Notes: generated by a model not told the origin, from the letters alone. DNA of 64,000 nt from an uncultured Bacteroidales bacterium (GCA_964462015.1 CAYWXI010000002.1:23128-87127), one strand, 5' to 3'; numbered from the stretch's first letter, positions 49,160-59,670 are shown. Made by a program: numbers and translations.

Positions 49160-49246
49160 AATTTGTTGATCCTGGTAACCGGAAGTAATAAGCTGACTTT
49201 TTTATTGTTAAAGCCAAAAAAAGTTGTATGAAAAGATAAAGAAAAA

Positions 49247-49537
49247 GTGGATACTTTAGCTGGAATATTTTTTGTATTGTTCTTATTAAGTGGATTCGTT
49301 TCGACACCCTACTTATTCATGATAAAGAGTGAATTAAAATCTAAAGGAAAAGAAACAACATATTTGGTTTTTATTCCCTCAGATATTACAAAATTCAGGA
49401 AGTTAATAAAAGAAGAGAAAAATCCGGTAATAAAATCTAAATACCGTGAAATGTTTAACTATTTCTGGATTTCATCTATAATTAATATAATTTCATTTAC
49501 AGGATTAGTAGTATCCAACTTAATGGAATTAAATTAG
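49247..49537 (+). CDS. Hypothetical two-TM protein
   Basis: Two hydrophobic segments; GTG start. Confidence 0.6.
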   Translation: MDTLAGIFFVLFLLSGFVSTPYLFMIKSELKSKGKETTYLVFIPSDITKFRKLIKEEKNPVIKSKYREMFNYFWISSIINIISFTGLVVSNLMELN

Positions 49538-49687
49538 AAATTGAAGCAAAAGTTATACTAAATCCTTTACAGAGAACACGAATACCATAGTATGTTAAGT
49601 ATTAGATTATTTTTTATTTTTGTTTAATAAAAAATATAAGATTTATTTCATTATAGAATTTAACAAAACATACTATATATTAAAAAT

Positions 49688-51751
49688 ATGAAAGAAATTA
49701 TTACTGGAATCGTACTTACCATTTTATTTTCAAATATTACATTTTCACAAATCATTGGATTTAAAGCAAATGATTTCATAAATCACGGAAACAACAATAT
49801 TGATTATATGGGTAATATGACGAGTTCAATAAAAAATTTATATCTGCATAAAACCATAGGAGAACTCCAGATTTCGGGTAATGCCACCGAATCTCCTTAC
49901 ACAGTGTACTTCATCATACCAATTGCATATAGAGAACAGGCTCCGATTTGGTTTAATATTGATTGCCCGCAGATGATCAATTACAAATATATCCGGCTTT
50001 CGGATGATAATGTTGTAGTTACAGCCACAATTAATAATTTACCCGGCATGATAGACCTTAACTGGACTTCATGGGTTTTAATAAAGCAACATGATTATAG
50101 TGGCATACCGGCAAGTATTCCGATACCTTCAATATCAGAACTTCCCGATTCGGTATTATCGTGGTTACAACCAACAGCTTGTGTTCAATGGAATGATTCA
50201 ACGGTTTATAATATAGCTGATTCTGTTCGTGGTTCAACTAATGATTTAATTGTTTTAGCAGAAAAAATTGAGGACTATTGTACTGATATACCCTGGGTAT
50301 TTCCTCATTCACCTGTATCTTTTGATGCATATTATGCTATGAAATGGGGAAATTCCTGCACAGGTCATGCACATGCCGGAGCTGCTTTATTTCGGGCAAA
50401 CGGAATTCCAAGCCGTGTTCTTATGAATATGCCTGCCTGGTTTTCATCATATATGGATATGCACTGGATAATTGAATATTTTATTCCGGATTACGGATGG
50501 GTAAAAATGGAGACCTCTATAGGAATTAATCCTTATCATAATGCAGATAAAGAGGTTATTACATTTGCCTGCAATATTGAAGATGAGTTTCCAATACTCT
50601 ATCCTGATAATATTGAAGCTTATTGGTTTGGTTCCGATCCTGTTTTTAATCACATGTACCCGGATTGGGGTGGGGCACATAAAATCACAACATATATAGT
50701 GATGACTGACTCGGCAACTAAGGTTGATCAAATAATATCACTTACAGATTCTGTTTTCAGATATAATACGATTTTTCAAGGAATTGATTTAAACAGTCAA
50801 CAATTAAATGATTTTAATTTGGCATTAGAATTCCAAAACAGATCTTTCATCAATGCTCAAGAAGGAAATCCAGATAGTATTATTTATTACTTAAATGAAG
50901 CTTTGTTCTATTTTAGAAACATTACAAATAATCCTTTGATTGAAATATACTTTAATGATTTCGAGAATGGATCCACCGGTTGGACACATGGTGGAATAAA
51001 GGATAAATGGGATGTTGGAATTCCATCTGTCGGGCCAACATATTGCTATTCGGGAAAAAACTGTATTGGTTCAAACCTCGATAGTGTTTACAGCAATAAT
51101 GTAAATAGTTGGATTTTATCTCCACCGGTTGATTTATCCTCTCTTTCTTATGCTCATTTGAATTTTAAACTCTGGAACGATGTAGAAGATAATCAACAAG
51201 GCCTGAATCCAAGGGATCGATTATGGGTTGAACTTAGCACAGACAACGGGCAGAGTTTTTTCCCAATAAGCACCTGTTTCGGCGGAGTAAATGATGATCC
51301 TGCTATTCCATCTTTTGGAGGTTGGAATAATGTAGTTTTAGACCTTTCTGAATATATTGATTCAAAGATTCAGGTGAAATTTTGTTTTTTTTCCAATAAC
51401 ACAGTTTCTAAAATTGGTTCATATATTGATGATGTAGGAATTTATGGCAGAATGGATGATTTATCGGGAATTGATAACAGGCAAAAGTTATCAAATACAC
51501 TTACCGGAAAATGTTTCCCAAATCCATTTATCAATAAGTTGGAAATAGAATACAATCAACCTTATGATGATGATGTGCAAATAAATGTATTCAATTCTTT
51601 AAGTCAAATTATACATGCTTCCTATTTGCCAAAACAAAGTATCGGAAAACATAAGTTTATCTTAAACACTTCAAATTTTTCATCGGGTATTTATCATATA
51701 ATACTAAACACTTGTAATAAAAAAATGATCTTTAAAATTGTGAGATTATAA
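49688..51751 (+). CDS. T9SS-secreted transglutaminase-like protein with jelly-roll domain
   Basis: GNSCTGHA..ALFRANGIPSR, HWIIEYF..YGWVKME; NDFENG..W; CFPNPF CTD. Confidence 0.85.
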   Translation: MKEIITGIVLTILFSNITFSQIIGFKANDFINHGNNNIDYMGNMTSSIKNLYLHKTIGELQISGNATESPYTVYFIIPIAYREQAPIWFNIDCPQMINYKYIRLSDDNVVVTATINNLPGMIDLNWTSWVLIKQHDYSGIPASIPIPSISELPDSVLSWLQPTACVQWNDSTVYNIADSVRGSTNDLIVLAEKIEDYCTDIPWVFPHSPVSFDAYYAMKWGNSCTGHAHAGAALFRANGIPSRVLMNMPAWFSSYMDMHWIIEYFIPDYGWVKMETSIGINPYHNADKEVITFACNIEDEFPILYPDNIEAYWFGSDPVFNHMYPDWGGAHKITTYIVMTDSATKVDQIISLTDSVFRYNTIFQGIDLNSQQLNDFNLALEFQNRSFINAQEGNPDSIIYYLNEALFYFRNITNNPLIEIYFNDFENGSTGWTHGGIKDKWDVGIPSVGPTYCYSGKNCIGSNLDSVYSNNVNSWILSPPVDLSSLSYAHLNFKLWNDVEDNQQGLNPRDRLWVELSTDNGQSFFPISTCFGGVNDDPAIPSFGGWNNVVLDLSEYIDSKIQVKFCFFSNNTVSKIGSYIDDVGIYGRMDDLSGIDNRQKLSNTLTGKCFPNPFINKLEIEYNQPYDDDVQINVFNSLSQIIHASYLPKQSIGKHKFILNTSNFSSGIYHIILNTCNKKMIFKIVRL

Positions 51752-51832
51752 TATTTTACTAATACTGACATCATTAATTTTTTCTTACCTAGAAAAACCA
51801 AAAAAACATATTCTTTTTCCTATTTTTGCCGC

Positions 51833-53365
51833 ATGTCAAATAGCGAAGATAAATTCAAAAAAATAATTGCTCATGCTAAAGAGTATGGGTTTGTATTCCA
51901 GTCGAGTGAAGTTTACGACGGATTAAGTGCCGTTTATGATTACGGCCAAAATGGTGTTGAGATGAAAAACAACATCAAAGATTACTGGTGGAAAGCAATG
52001 GTTCAATATCACGAAAATATTGTTGGTGTTGATTCGGCAATTTTTATGCACCCTACTATTTGGAAAGCCTCAGGCCATGTCGATGCTTTTAGCGATCCTA
52101 TGATCGATAATAAAGATTCGAAAAAGCGTTACCGGGCTGATGTTCTTGTCGAGGATTTTATTGCCAAAATTGAAGGAAAAATCCAAAAAGAGGTTACAAA
52201 AGCCCGAAAACGTTTCGGTGAAAGTTTTGATGAAAATCAATTTAAAACTACAAATCCACGAGTAGTAGCTAATGTTGAAAAGATTGAGAAAATCAAAAAC
52301 CGTTTATATCCTGCAATGGATTCCGATAATTTGGATGATATAAAATTATTGATTGAAGAACTGGGGATAGCATGCCCTTTATCGGGATCGAAAAACTGGA
52401 CCAATGTCCGTCAATTCAATCTGATGTTCTCAACTCAAATGGGTTCATTAAGCGAGGATGCAAACCAAATTTTTCTCAGGCCCGAAACAGCCCAGGGAAT
52501 TTTTGTTAATTATTTGAATATTCAAAAAACCGGAAGAATGAAAATTCCTTTCGGGATAGCTCAAATTGGTAAGGCGTTTAGGAATGAAATAGTTGCCCGG
52601 CAATTTATTTTCCGAATGAGGGAATTTGAACAAATGGAAATGCAATTTTTTGTTCGCCCGGGTGATGAGTTAAAATGGTTTGAATATTGGAAAAACGAAA
52701 GAATTAAATGGCATTTATCACTCGGTATTCCAGAAGAAAAATACCGTTTCCACGACCATGAAAAACTTGCCCATTATGCCAATGCCGCAAGTGATATTGA
52801 ATTTGATTTCCCAATAGGTTTCAAAGAACTGGAAGGCATTCATTCGAGAACCGATTTCGATTTGGCAGCTCATCAGGAATTTTCAGGCAGGAAAATACAG
52901 TATTTCGACCCTGAATTAAATCAATCCTATGTTCCTTATGTTGTTGAAACTTCAATTGGCCTTGACAGAACATTTTTGGCAATATTCAGCCATGCTTATA
53001 ATGAAGAGATTTTAGAAGATGGTTCTTCGCGGGTTGTAATGAAATTACCACCTGTCATTGCACCATTTAAAGTTGCAGTTTTGCCTTTAATTAAAAAGGA
53101 CAATCTTCCCGAAAAAGCAAGAGAGATAATGGATTCTTTGAAATATGATTACATGTGTCAATACGATGAGAAGGATGCAATAGGCAGACGATACAGAAGA
53201 CAAGATGCAATAGGAACTCCTTATTGTATTACAGTTGATCATCAAACGTTAGAAGATAATACTGTAACGATTCGTGAAAGAGATTCGATGAAACAGGAAA
53301 GAATTGCTATTGAAAAAATATCGGGAATTATTGCGGAGAAGATTAATGCTAAAATGATTGAATGA
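51833..53365 (+). CDS. glyQS: Glycine--tRNA ligase (alpha2 type)
   Basis: WKASGH, LRPETAQG, FRNEI..FRMREFEQME, IGRRYRRQD. Confidence 0.97.
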   Translation: MSNSEDKFKKIIAHAKEYGFVFQSSEVYDGLSAVYDYGQNGVEMKNNIKDYWWKAMVQYHENIVGVDSAIFMHPTIWKASGHVDAFSDPMIDNKDSKKRYRADVLVEDFIAKIEGKIQKEVTKARKRFGESFDENQFKTTNPRVVANVEKIEKIKNRLYPAMDSDNLDDIKLLIEELGIACPLSGSKNWTNVRQFNLMFSTQMGSLSEDANQIFLRPETAQGIFVNYLNIQKTGRMKIPFGIAQIGKAFRNEIVARQFIFRMREFEQMEMQFFVRPGDELKWFEYWKNERIKWHLSLGIPEEKYRFHDHEKLAHYANAASDIEFDFPIGFKELEGIHSRTDFDLAAHQEFSGRKIQYFDPELNQSYVPYVVETSIGLDRTFLAIFSHAYNEEILEDGSSRVVMKLPPVIAPFKVAVLPLIKKDNLPEKAREIMDSLKYDYMCQYDEKDAIGRRYRRQDAIGTPYCITVDHQTLEDNTVTIRERDSMKQERIAIEKISGIIAEKINAKMIE

Positions 53366-53377
53366 TTAAATGGATGA

Positions 53378-53806
53378 ATGATTGAAATAATAGAAATAAA
53401 AAAAGGTGATAAAAACCTTCTTGAAAAAGCTTTTGCAATTCGAAATGATGTTTTTATAATTGAACAGGTGGTTGAACCGCATTTGGAATTTGATGAATTT
53501 GAAGATGAATCTCAACATTATTTAGTTTTTTCCGATAATGAACCGGTGGCAACGGCTCGATGGCGAGAAACAAAAAAAGGAATTAAACTTGAGCGATTTG
53601 CAATAATAAAATCTCACCGAAAACAAAATATCGGGACGCTTCTTTTGAAATTTATTCTTGAAAAAACAATCCCGTTAAACAAACCCGTCTATTTGCATTC
53701 ACAAGCCGCTGTTGCATGTGTTTATCAGAAAAATGGTTTTAAAATTGTTGGTGGAAGTTTTGTTGAAGCTGATATTTTGCATTATTGCATGGTTTATTCA
53801 AAATAG
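53378..53806 (+). CDS. GNAT acetyltransferase (ElaA/YjcF-like)
   Basis: IRNDVFIIEQ, ATAR, KLERFA, F.EADI.H. Confidence 0.88.
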   Translation: MIEIIEIKKGDKNLLEKAFAIRNDVFIIEQVVEPHLEFDEFEDESQHYLVFSDNEPVATARWRETKKGIKLERFAIIKSHRKQNIGTLLLKFILEKTIPLNKPVYLHSQAAVACVYQKNGFKIVGGSFVEADILHYCMVYSK

Positions 53807-53829
53807 TTGTTTGTTTGGTTTCAGATTTT

Positions 53830-53933
53830 ATAGTACACTGATTGTTATGATCTTTATGATTGATTATGTTATTTTAAAAAACAAACATTTTTATCATACT
53901 AAATCAGTTTATTCAGTCTAATCAGTGTACTAT
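53830..53933. repeat. 104-bp element with perfect 14-bp terminal inverted repeats and internal 9-mer units
   Basis: atagtacactgatt ... aatcagtgtactat. Confidence 0.8.
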
Positions 53934-53984
53934 TAATAATGCCACTAAAAAAAATAGAATTATTGATTTTGATGAATACAGAAC

Positions 53985-54410
53985 TTATTTCTTTCGTATC
54001 ACAAAAACAAATTTTTTACTGAATTTATCCCGTAACATATAAATAATAAAAAAATACGGAACAAGGATACCAATTGAAATCAAACCGGAAAGGCCTTCGT
54101 TGCCGGTTAAATTTATTAAAGTAATCAAAACAACAACCATAAGCAAAAATGGAAAAATATAAGCCAAAAAAACTGCCTGAGAGCCTAATGATTTTTTCAT
54201 CAAAACGGTAACTTCTTCACCTACTTTATAACTAACACCAGGTTGGTGGTTTACTTCAACAATTTTTTCTTTCATTTCCGAAATATTGCACATACCTTTC
54301 ACATTACATGATGCGCATGCAGAGTGAGTAATTATGCTTACTAATATTTTTTCTTTACTAATTTCAGAAATTATTCCGCTATGATAAATATCGTCAAAAG
54401 GTTTACTCAT
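53985..54410 (-). CDS. RseC/MucC (SoxR-reducing) family membrane protein
   Basis: SACASC..KGMC; AVFLAYIFP; two TM. Confidence 0.9.
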   Translation of the reverse strand: MSKPFDDIYHSGIISEISKEKILVSIITHSACASCNVKGMCNISEMKEKIVEVNHQPGVSYKVGEEVTVLMKKSLGSQAVFLAYIFPFLLMVVVLITLINLTGNEGLSGLISIGILVPYFFIIYMLRDKFSKKFVFVIRKK

Positions 54411-54453
54411 TTATTAAGAATAATGTTTTGTAAGATTTTTTCGCAATTTAAAA

Positions 54454-55224
54454 TTATTTTCTATCCTTATCCGGAATGTATTTATCCATTTGAAGTTTTG
54501 TTTGCTCAAGGTTTGCCGCCTGAATTGTTAGAAAACCATTTGCATCAACAGATACCGACATCAAATAATCGGGTTCATTTGTAGTTTGATCGTAATTAAT
54601 ATAAGTAATTCCTTTTAAATCATCAGGAGGTGTATTCCCATATTTTTCCGCATCCTTTTTTTGCCGGTTAATTATATTATGAATTTTTAACCAGCTTTTA
54701 CTAACTGGAATATTTGCATTTTCGGCAATTATTTTTGCCTGTTCTATTGCATTTCTATATTGACCCTCATAAACAAATGTGATAGAATTAAAGCCTTCGG
54801 ATGGATTATTGATAGATGTCATAATTGATTTTTCAGAAACTAAAGTCATATTTTGAGGTTCAACCAAACCCAAATGTTTCGCCCATAATGGAATTTTTTC
54901 AAAACTTGATACTGATTTTGTTGCTGCTTCATTATTGTTTCTACTATAATATTTTTCAGTAAGTTTTTTGATTTCATCTTCGGAGACATCATCTGAATTA
55001 AGCATTTTTTCCAGGTCAAGCAATTGTTGCTCCATATTATCGACGGTTTCCATCTTTTCATTAAAGTCATTCATTGACTCATTAAGCGTCTGTATTGAAT
55101 TTTTTACTGAATCCTCTTCTTTATCATCATTTTCAACTGCCGGTTGATCGTAAAGATTCATACACGACTGGGCTAAAATAATTATTATCACAGATACAAG
55201 TAAACTGATTATTGATCTTTTCAT
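54454..55224 (-). CDS. Hypothetical lipoprotein with coiled coil
   Basis: Hydrophobic N-terminus ending AQSC. Confidence 0.8.
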   Translation of the reverse strand: MKRSIISLLVSVIIIILAQSCMNLYDQPAVENDDKEEDSVKNSIQTLNESMNDFNEKMETVDNMEQQLLDLEKMLNSDDVSEDEIKKLTEKYYSRNNNEAATKSVSSFEKIPLWAKHLGLVEPQNMTLVSEKSIMTSINNPSEGFNSITFVYEGQYRNAIEQAKIIAENANIPVSKSWLKIHNIINRQKKDAEKYGNTPPDDLKGITYINYDQTTNEPDYLMSVSVDANGFLTIQAANLEQTKLQMDKYIPDKDRK

Positions 55225-55406
55225 CTTTTGCTTTTTAATACCGATATTTTATGAATTTCCGGTTTATTTTCTTTGACTTTATTTAATCAGGCTAAATTAA
55301 GCAGATTATTTAAGAAGACAAAATTACTAATAAAAATGAATTGAGAAATAGGGGAAATAAGGGGTTAATATTTCAGGACGGTTTACTCCCTATTTCCCTT
55401 ATACTT

Positions 55407-56549
55407 TTATACCCTTATTCCTCTATATAAAGCATCTCTTTCGACAGGAATTCGGCCCGCTTGTATTATTAAATTTTCTAACTCCCCGGTGGTCATTGAA
55501 GGATTTTTTTCTTCGGCACCAGCGAGTGAATAAATTTTTGTCGAATCATTTATTGTGCCATCAAAATCATCGACGCCAAAGGATAATGAAATTTGTGATA
55601 ATTGCCTGCCAATCATTGGCCAATAAGTTTTAATATGAGGAAAGTTATCTAAAAAGATTCTTGAAACAGCATAATTTCTTAAATCTTCAATTACCGATAC
55701 TTCATTAATGTTTGATAATTCGTTATTTGAATTTTTAAATTTTAATGGAATAAAAGCATTGAACATGGAGGTTTTATCCTGTAAAATCCTAAGCCGGTTC
55801 AAATGATCTATCCGGTCGGAATATTCTTCAAGGTGCCCGTAAAGTATTGTTGCATTCGACGGAATTCCCAAACTATGTGCAACTTCATGAATTTCTAACC
55901 ATCTTTTTGAATCGGATTTGCTTTTACATATTTTTTTTCTAAGCTTTTCATTAAAAATTTCGGCTCCTCCTCCCGGTATTGAGTCAAGACCGTAATTTTT
56001 CAACTCCGATAATCCTTCAGATAATGTCATCCCCGATAATTTGATCATATAATCAAGTTCAATAGCCGAGAATGCTTTGATATGAATATCAGGCCGGATT
56101 TCCTTTATTCTTCGCATAATATTTCCATAATAATGCAAATCACGTTCAGGGTGAACTCCTCCTACAATATGAATTTCGTTGATATTTGCATTAGCATTCT
56201 TTACAATTTCAATTATTTCGTCAGGTGAATATTCCCATCCATGGCCTGCATTTCTTTCCGAATACGAACAAAACTTACAATCGTGAATACATTTATTAGT
56301 TGGTTCAATATGCAGATTTCGAATATAATAAGTATAATTTTTATTTTTGCTTTCCCGAATAAAATTTGATAGGATTCCAAGAAATCCCAAATCGGCTTCT
56401 TTAAATAATTTTAATGCATCTTTTTCTGAAATTCTCTCCGAATTAAAAACTTTTTCTGCAATTTTCATTAATCCTTTTGATGTAGAGGTCTTGCGAAGTA
56501 GTTCCAAATTTTCTTTATGTTTATTTATATTTTCTTGCTGAGAGTTCAT
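55407..56549 (-). CDS. mqnE: CofH-family radical SAM enzyme, aminofutalosine synthase-like
   Basis: EPTNKCIHDCKFC, HIKAF, PGGGAEIF, FIPLKF, HIKTYW, FGVDD.DGT. Confidence 0.85.
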   Translation of the reverse strand: MNSQQENINKHKENLELLRKTSTSKGLMKIAEKVFNSERISEKDALKLFKEADLGFLGILSNFIRESKNKNYTYYIRNLHIEPTNKCIHDCKFCSYSERNAGHGWEYSPDEIIEIVKNANANINEIHIVGGVHPERDLHYYGNIMRRIKEIRPDIHIKAFSAIELDYMIKLSGMTLSEGLSELKNYGLDSIPGGGAEIFNEKLRKKICKSKSDSKRWLEIHEVAHSLGIPSNATILYGHLEEYSDRIDHLNRLRILQDKTSMFNAFIPLKFKNSNNELSNINEVSVIEDLRNYAVSRIFLDNFPHIKTYWPMIGRQLSQISLSFGVDDFDGTINDSTKIYSLAGAEEKNPSMTTGELENLIIQAGRIPVERDALYRGIRV

Positions 56550-56579
56550 AGATTATCAGTTAAATTAAATCATCGAATT

Positions 56580-57497
56580 TCATAATTTATTGGCTTGATT
56601 ACTCGACCAAAGTTGTTCATTTTCCCATTCTGTAGGAAAACCCATTTGCTTTAAAGGAATTTCGGGATACTTTGAAATTAATGTTTTAAGTTTATCTTTA
56701 AAATGATTTCCTGGAATAATTGTATTTAATAGATAGAGAATACTGCTAAGAGCAAGGAACATTTTCCCTTGAGGGAAATGAGTATTTGACAACCATACAT
56801 TATTTGTTTTTCTTGGAAGTTTAATGCTTGCTGCAAGTTCCCTGTTCCATAGTCTACCATGGTGAGCACAAATATTTCGAATAACAGAAAGCGAATGCAT
56901 CCAACTTTCCAGTACAAAAGGGTGGCCTAGATTGAAATTTCTGGCAATTACTTTCTTTTCCGGACAAATTTTCAAATTCTCATATATTTTTGACAAAAGC
57001 CCCAGGCTTGTTATTTCCATAATCATCCATGCAGGAGGACGTTTAGGATTAGAATAGGTGTTTTTATAATGTTTAATAAATACTTCGTTCGACCGTTTCA
57101 ATTCTTTATCAATTAATTTCAAATCTTTATTAAAATAAACAGGATTTCGAAATATTTTTTTGTCTTCGTACCAATTACCGCCATACTTAATTGAATATTG
57201 ATAAATAATTTGGGTTCTGAAAGCAATTTCTATTCGCTCAATTGCATCAAAAACCAGCAACCTGAACTTACGGTCAAATAAATAGGTTTGCAAAATTTTA
57301 TTGAAAGTAATATCTGGATAGAAAGGGTGTTCAGGATTTTCATTATTTTGATATGCATATGTGTATGCACGAAGCCTGTAAAGACTTATAAAAGAAAGGT
57401 AACGAGAAGCCCTATCTTCGTCATTAATAAGTAGCCCCCGGCTTTTTAAGGTGTTTATTTGTTGGGCTATTGTTAATGGTGGTTTAATATATTTCAT
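56580..57497 (-). CDS. Abi-family (AbiD/AbiF, Abi_2) HEPN protein
   Basis: ISLYRL.AY, Y.FDR..R, IE.IEIA.R, PPAW..E.TSLG.LSK, RNICAHHGRLWNR, MGFP..W; ATG 57497 chosen as start. Confidence 0.9.
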   Translation of the reverse strand: MKYIKPPLTIAQQINTLKSRGLLINDEDRASRYLSFISLYRLRAYTYAYQNNENPEHPFYPDITFNKILQTYLFDRKFRLLVFDAIERIEIAFRTQIIYQYSIKYGGNWYEDKKIFRNPVYFNKDLKLIDKELKRSNEVFIKHYKNTYSNPKRPPAWMIMEITSLGLLSKIYENLKICPEKKVIARNFNLGHPFVLESWMHSLSVIRNICAHHGRLWNRELAASIKLPRKTNNVWLSNTHFPQGKMFLALSSILYLLNTIIPGNHFKDKLKTLISKYPEIPLKQMGFPTEWENEQLWSSNQANKL

Positions 57498-57505
57498 AGC
57501 CCTAT

Positions 57506-57560
57506 AAAAAAAACCTGCCCGGGTGCGCTGATCTAACGAGAAGCGTGGCAAGTCTTATTG
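57506..57560 (-). ncRNA. Candidate abiF-type structured RNA (putative RNA antitoxin / leader)
   Basis: AAGACUUGCC pairs with GGCAGGUUUU; inner CGCU-UCU/AGA-UC-AGCG hairpin; U8 tail; TAAATTTG promoter element at 57572-57565. Confidence 0.7.
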
Positions 57561-57747
57561 TTTGCAAATTTAATATTAAATTTTTAATTGTCAACATTTT
57601 TTCAGCAATTCTTCTAAATAACTAAAATCCACGTGATCATGTCAAATTTATCAATCCGAGACTTCTCATAACTTTAATATTTTGCCTTATTCTGTTTGAA
57701 AGCATTTATATCTCCTGTTAAAACTAAAGTTTCTTGGACTTCTTTTA

Positions 57748-59670
57748 TTATTTAACCAAATAAGCTTTCAGATTAAAAATTTCTTCAGCACAAATCACCT
57801 GAATCAAATACATCCCCCGGTCATTTTCTGCAAGATTTATTTTATAATTTGTTGAATTAATTGATCTCAAATAAAAAGGAACTTCTTTTCCAAGCATATT
57901 ATAAACATTAATTTTCACATCATGAAGTTCCTGATTACCGAGATAAATATCAATTTCACCTTTTGTAGGATTCGGGGAAATTGCCGGTTTTACAGTGATG
58001 TATTTAACCTTGCATACCGAATCCTGACTAATCAGACTCTCTACTACCAGACAAGCATCATATGTTCCGACCTGACTGTAATAAATACCTGTTGGGTTTT
58101 GTTTATAAGAATATGAAGGAATGGCACCTTCAAAAGTCCAACTCCATTTTTCGGGATCACCAATTGAAAGGTCTTCAAATGAAAGATTAGTTCCTACAGG
58201 AATTTCGATTGTATCAGCCTTAAAATTTGCGATCAGGTTATCACAAACCTCTATACCATCTAATTGCTCAACACCTTTATCGATTGGATCAAGCCAATAT
58301 TTAAGTTGGGTAGTACTATCTGTTCCACATGAATCCCATGAATATGAAAATTTTCCATAAAAATCGGGATATGTTAAATGAGTACATGAAGCTTGTCCAC
58401 CTGTAAGAGTACCTATTACGCGTCCGAAATTATCATATAACGGACAACCTGATGAACCTCCTTCTGTTACACCATGTCCGTTTTCAGTTTGAGCCCATCT
58501 GGCTTTCCAGTGAGTATTTGGAGTTTCACCCCAGGTCGAAGAGGTTATTGGAATTGTATAAGTTGATATTTTTTTTATATCTCCTTCGGGATGGTGAATA
58601 GTAACTCCATTTGGGCTACTTACATTATATCGGTTCCAGCCACCAAAATATGGATTATAAGATGAAGGAATTCCTTGATTTAAAAGCACAAGGAAAAAAT
58701 CAGAACCATCAGTTCCATAACTTGCTTTTTTTGTTGCTCCAACAATAGTATTTGATGAAGGTTCTTCCTGGGGATCAGGGCAGTCGTCAGATTCATAATT
58801 GAAATAAAAAATCCATTGGTTGATATTATCTTCGCTGGAATATTTTCCACAATGATCGGCTGTCAGAAAATATGGCATACAGTCTTCCATCGTATTATTA
58901 ACTAAAGAACCGGTGCACCACATAGAAGAGCCACTACGTTTAACCAACACTCTTGCTACACTTCGTTGTTGATCTTGCCAATCATCTCCTTCCTGACAAT
59001 TTATATTAACCTCGCATGGTCCGGAACCACCAAAATCATCAGTTCCTTTTGTAAAAAGAAAATTAACAGATCGGTAAGCATAAGAAATTTCCGAAATACT
59101 GATTTCAGGTTTCTCATATACTCCATAAGGTTCAAAATATTCCAGAATTGTTGTTTCACCTTGAATTAGTTCGGTTGCAAATAATTTATTTTCAGTATTA
59201 TTTGCTTCGGTAAATGCCCCAATTACCTGTGATTTGTTTTCATTATATAAAAATAATTGTCCACCTCGAGGGATTCGAAAATTATTATAGTAAATTCCTA
59301 TTGCAAGAGCTTCATCAGAAGTAATTTTCAGTCTCCAAATACGGCCTTTTCCCGGAATATTTGTCCATGTACCCGAGTTATTTATATCGAAGTCCACCTT
59401 AATAAGTTTTGCAAATCTTAAGGGTAAAGCTTGTTTGTCATTCTCAGCATCCTCAAGCAATAATTGCTCAACATTTGGTTTTTGCACAATTACCTCCTGA
59501 AAATTATTTTTTAGATTATTCGATGTAAAACCTGCTGGAGTTCCACCCTGGCTTATTTGAGCTATAGTCAAATTACTAAATGATAAACAAAAAATAAAAA
59601 TTATCGTTTTGTAAAAAATATCTTTTTTATTTAAAATCATAATATTTAATTTATTTAAACAGAAATGCAT
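57748..59670 (-). CDS. Lysyl endopeptidase-like (S1) serine protease with PKD and T9SS domains
   Basis: CTGSL, TADHC, DFFL, IHHP.GD.KKIS, GGSSG; F.DLS..WSWTF; SPNPT. Confidence 0.9.
   Translation of the reverse strand: MHFCLNKLNIMILNKKDIFYKTIIFIFCLSFSNLTIAQISQGGTPAGFTSNNLKNNFQEVIVQKPNVEQLLLEDAENDKQALPLRFAKLIKVDFDINNSGTWTNIPGKGRIWRLKITSDEALAIGIYYNNFRIPRGGQLFLYNENKSQVIGAFTEANNTENKLFATELIQGETTILEYFEPYGVYEKPEISISEISYAYRSVNFLFTKGTDDFGGSGPCEVNINCQEGDDWQDQQRSVARVLVKRSGSSMWCTGSLVNNTMEDCMPYFLTADHCGKYSSEDNINQWIFYFNYESDDCPDPQEEPSSNTIVGATKKASYGTDGSDFFLVLLNQGIPSSYNPYFGGWNRYNVSSPNGVTIHHPEGDIKKISTYTIPITSSTWGETPNTHWKARWAQTENGHGVTEGGSSGCPLYDNFGRVIGTLTGGQASCTHLTYPDFYGKFSYSWDSCGTDSTTQLKYWLDPIDKGVEQLDGIEVCDNLIANFKADTIEIPVGTNLSFEDLSIGDPEKWSWTFEGAIPSYSYKQNPTGIYYSQVGTYDACLVVESLISQDSVCKVKYITVKPAISPNPTKGEIDIYLGNQELHDVKINVYNMLGKEVPFYLRSINSTNYKINLAENDRGMYLIQVICAEEIFNLKAYLVK

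Noticed and set aside
53830-53933. Classical MITE
   Set aside because: Terminal inverted repeats are present, but there is no convincing target duplication or cognate transposase; kept as a repeat
57498-57551. TTG-start N-terminal extension of the Abi protein
   Set aside because: It spans the structured RNA and terminator; ATG 57497 gives the family-like start MKYIKPPLT
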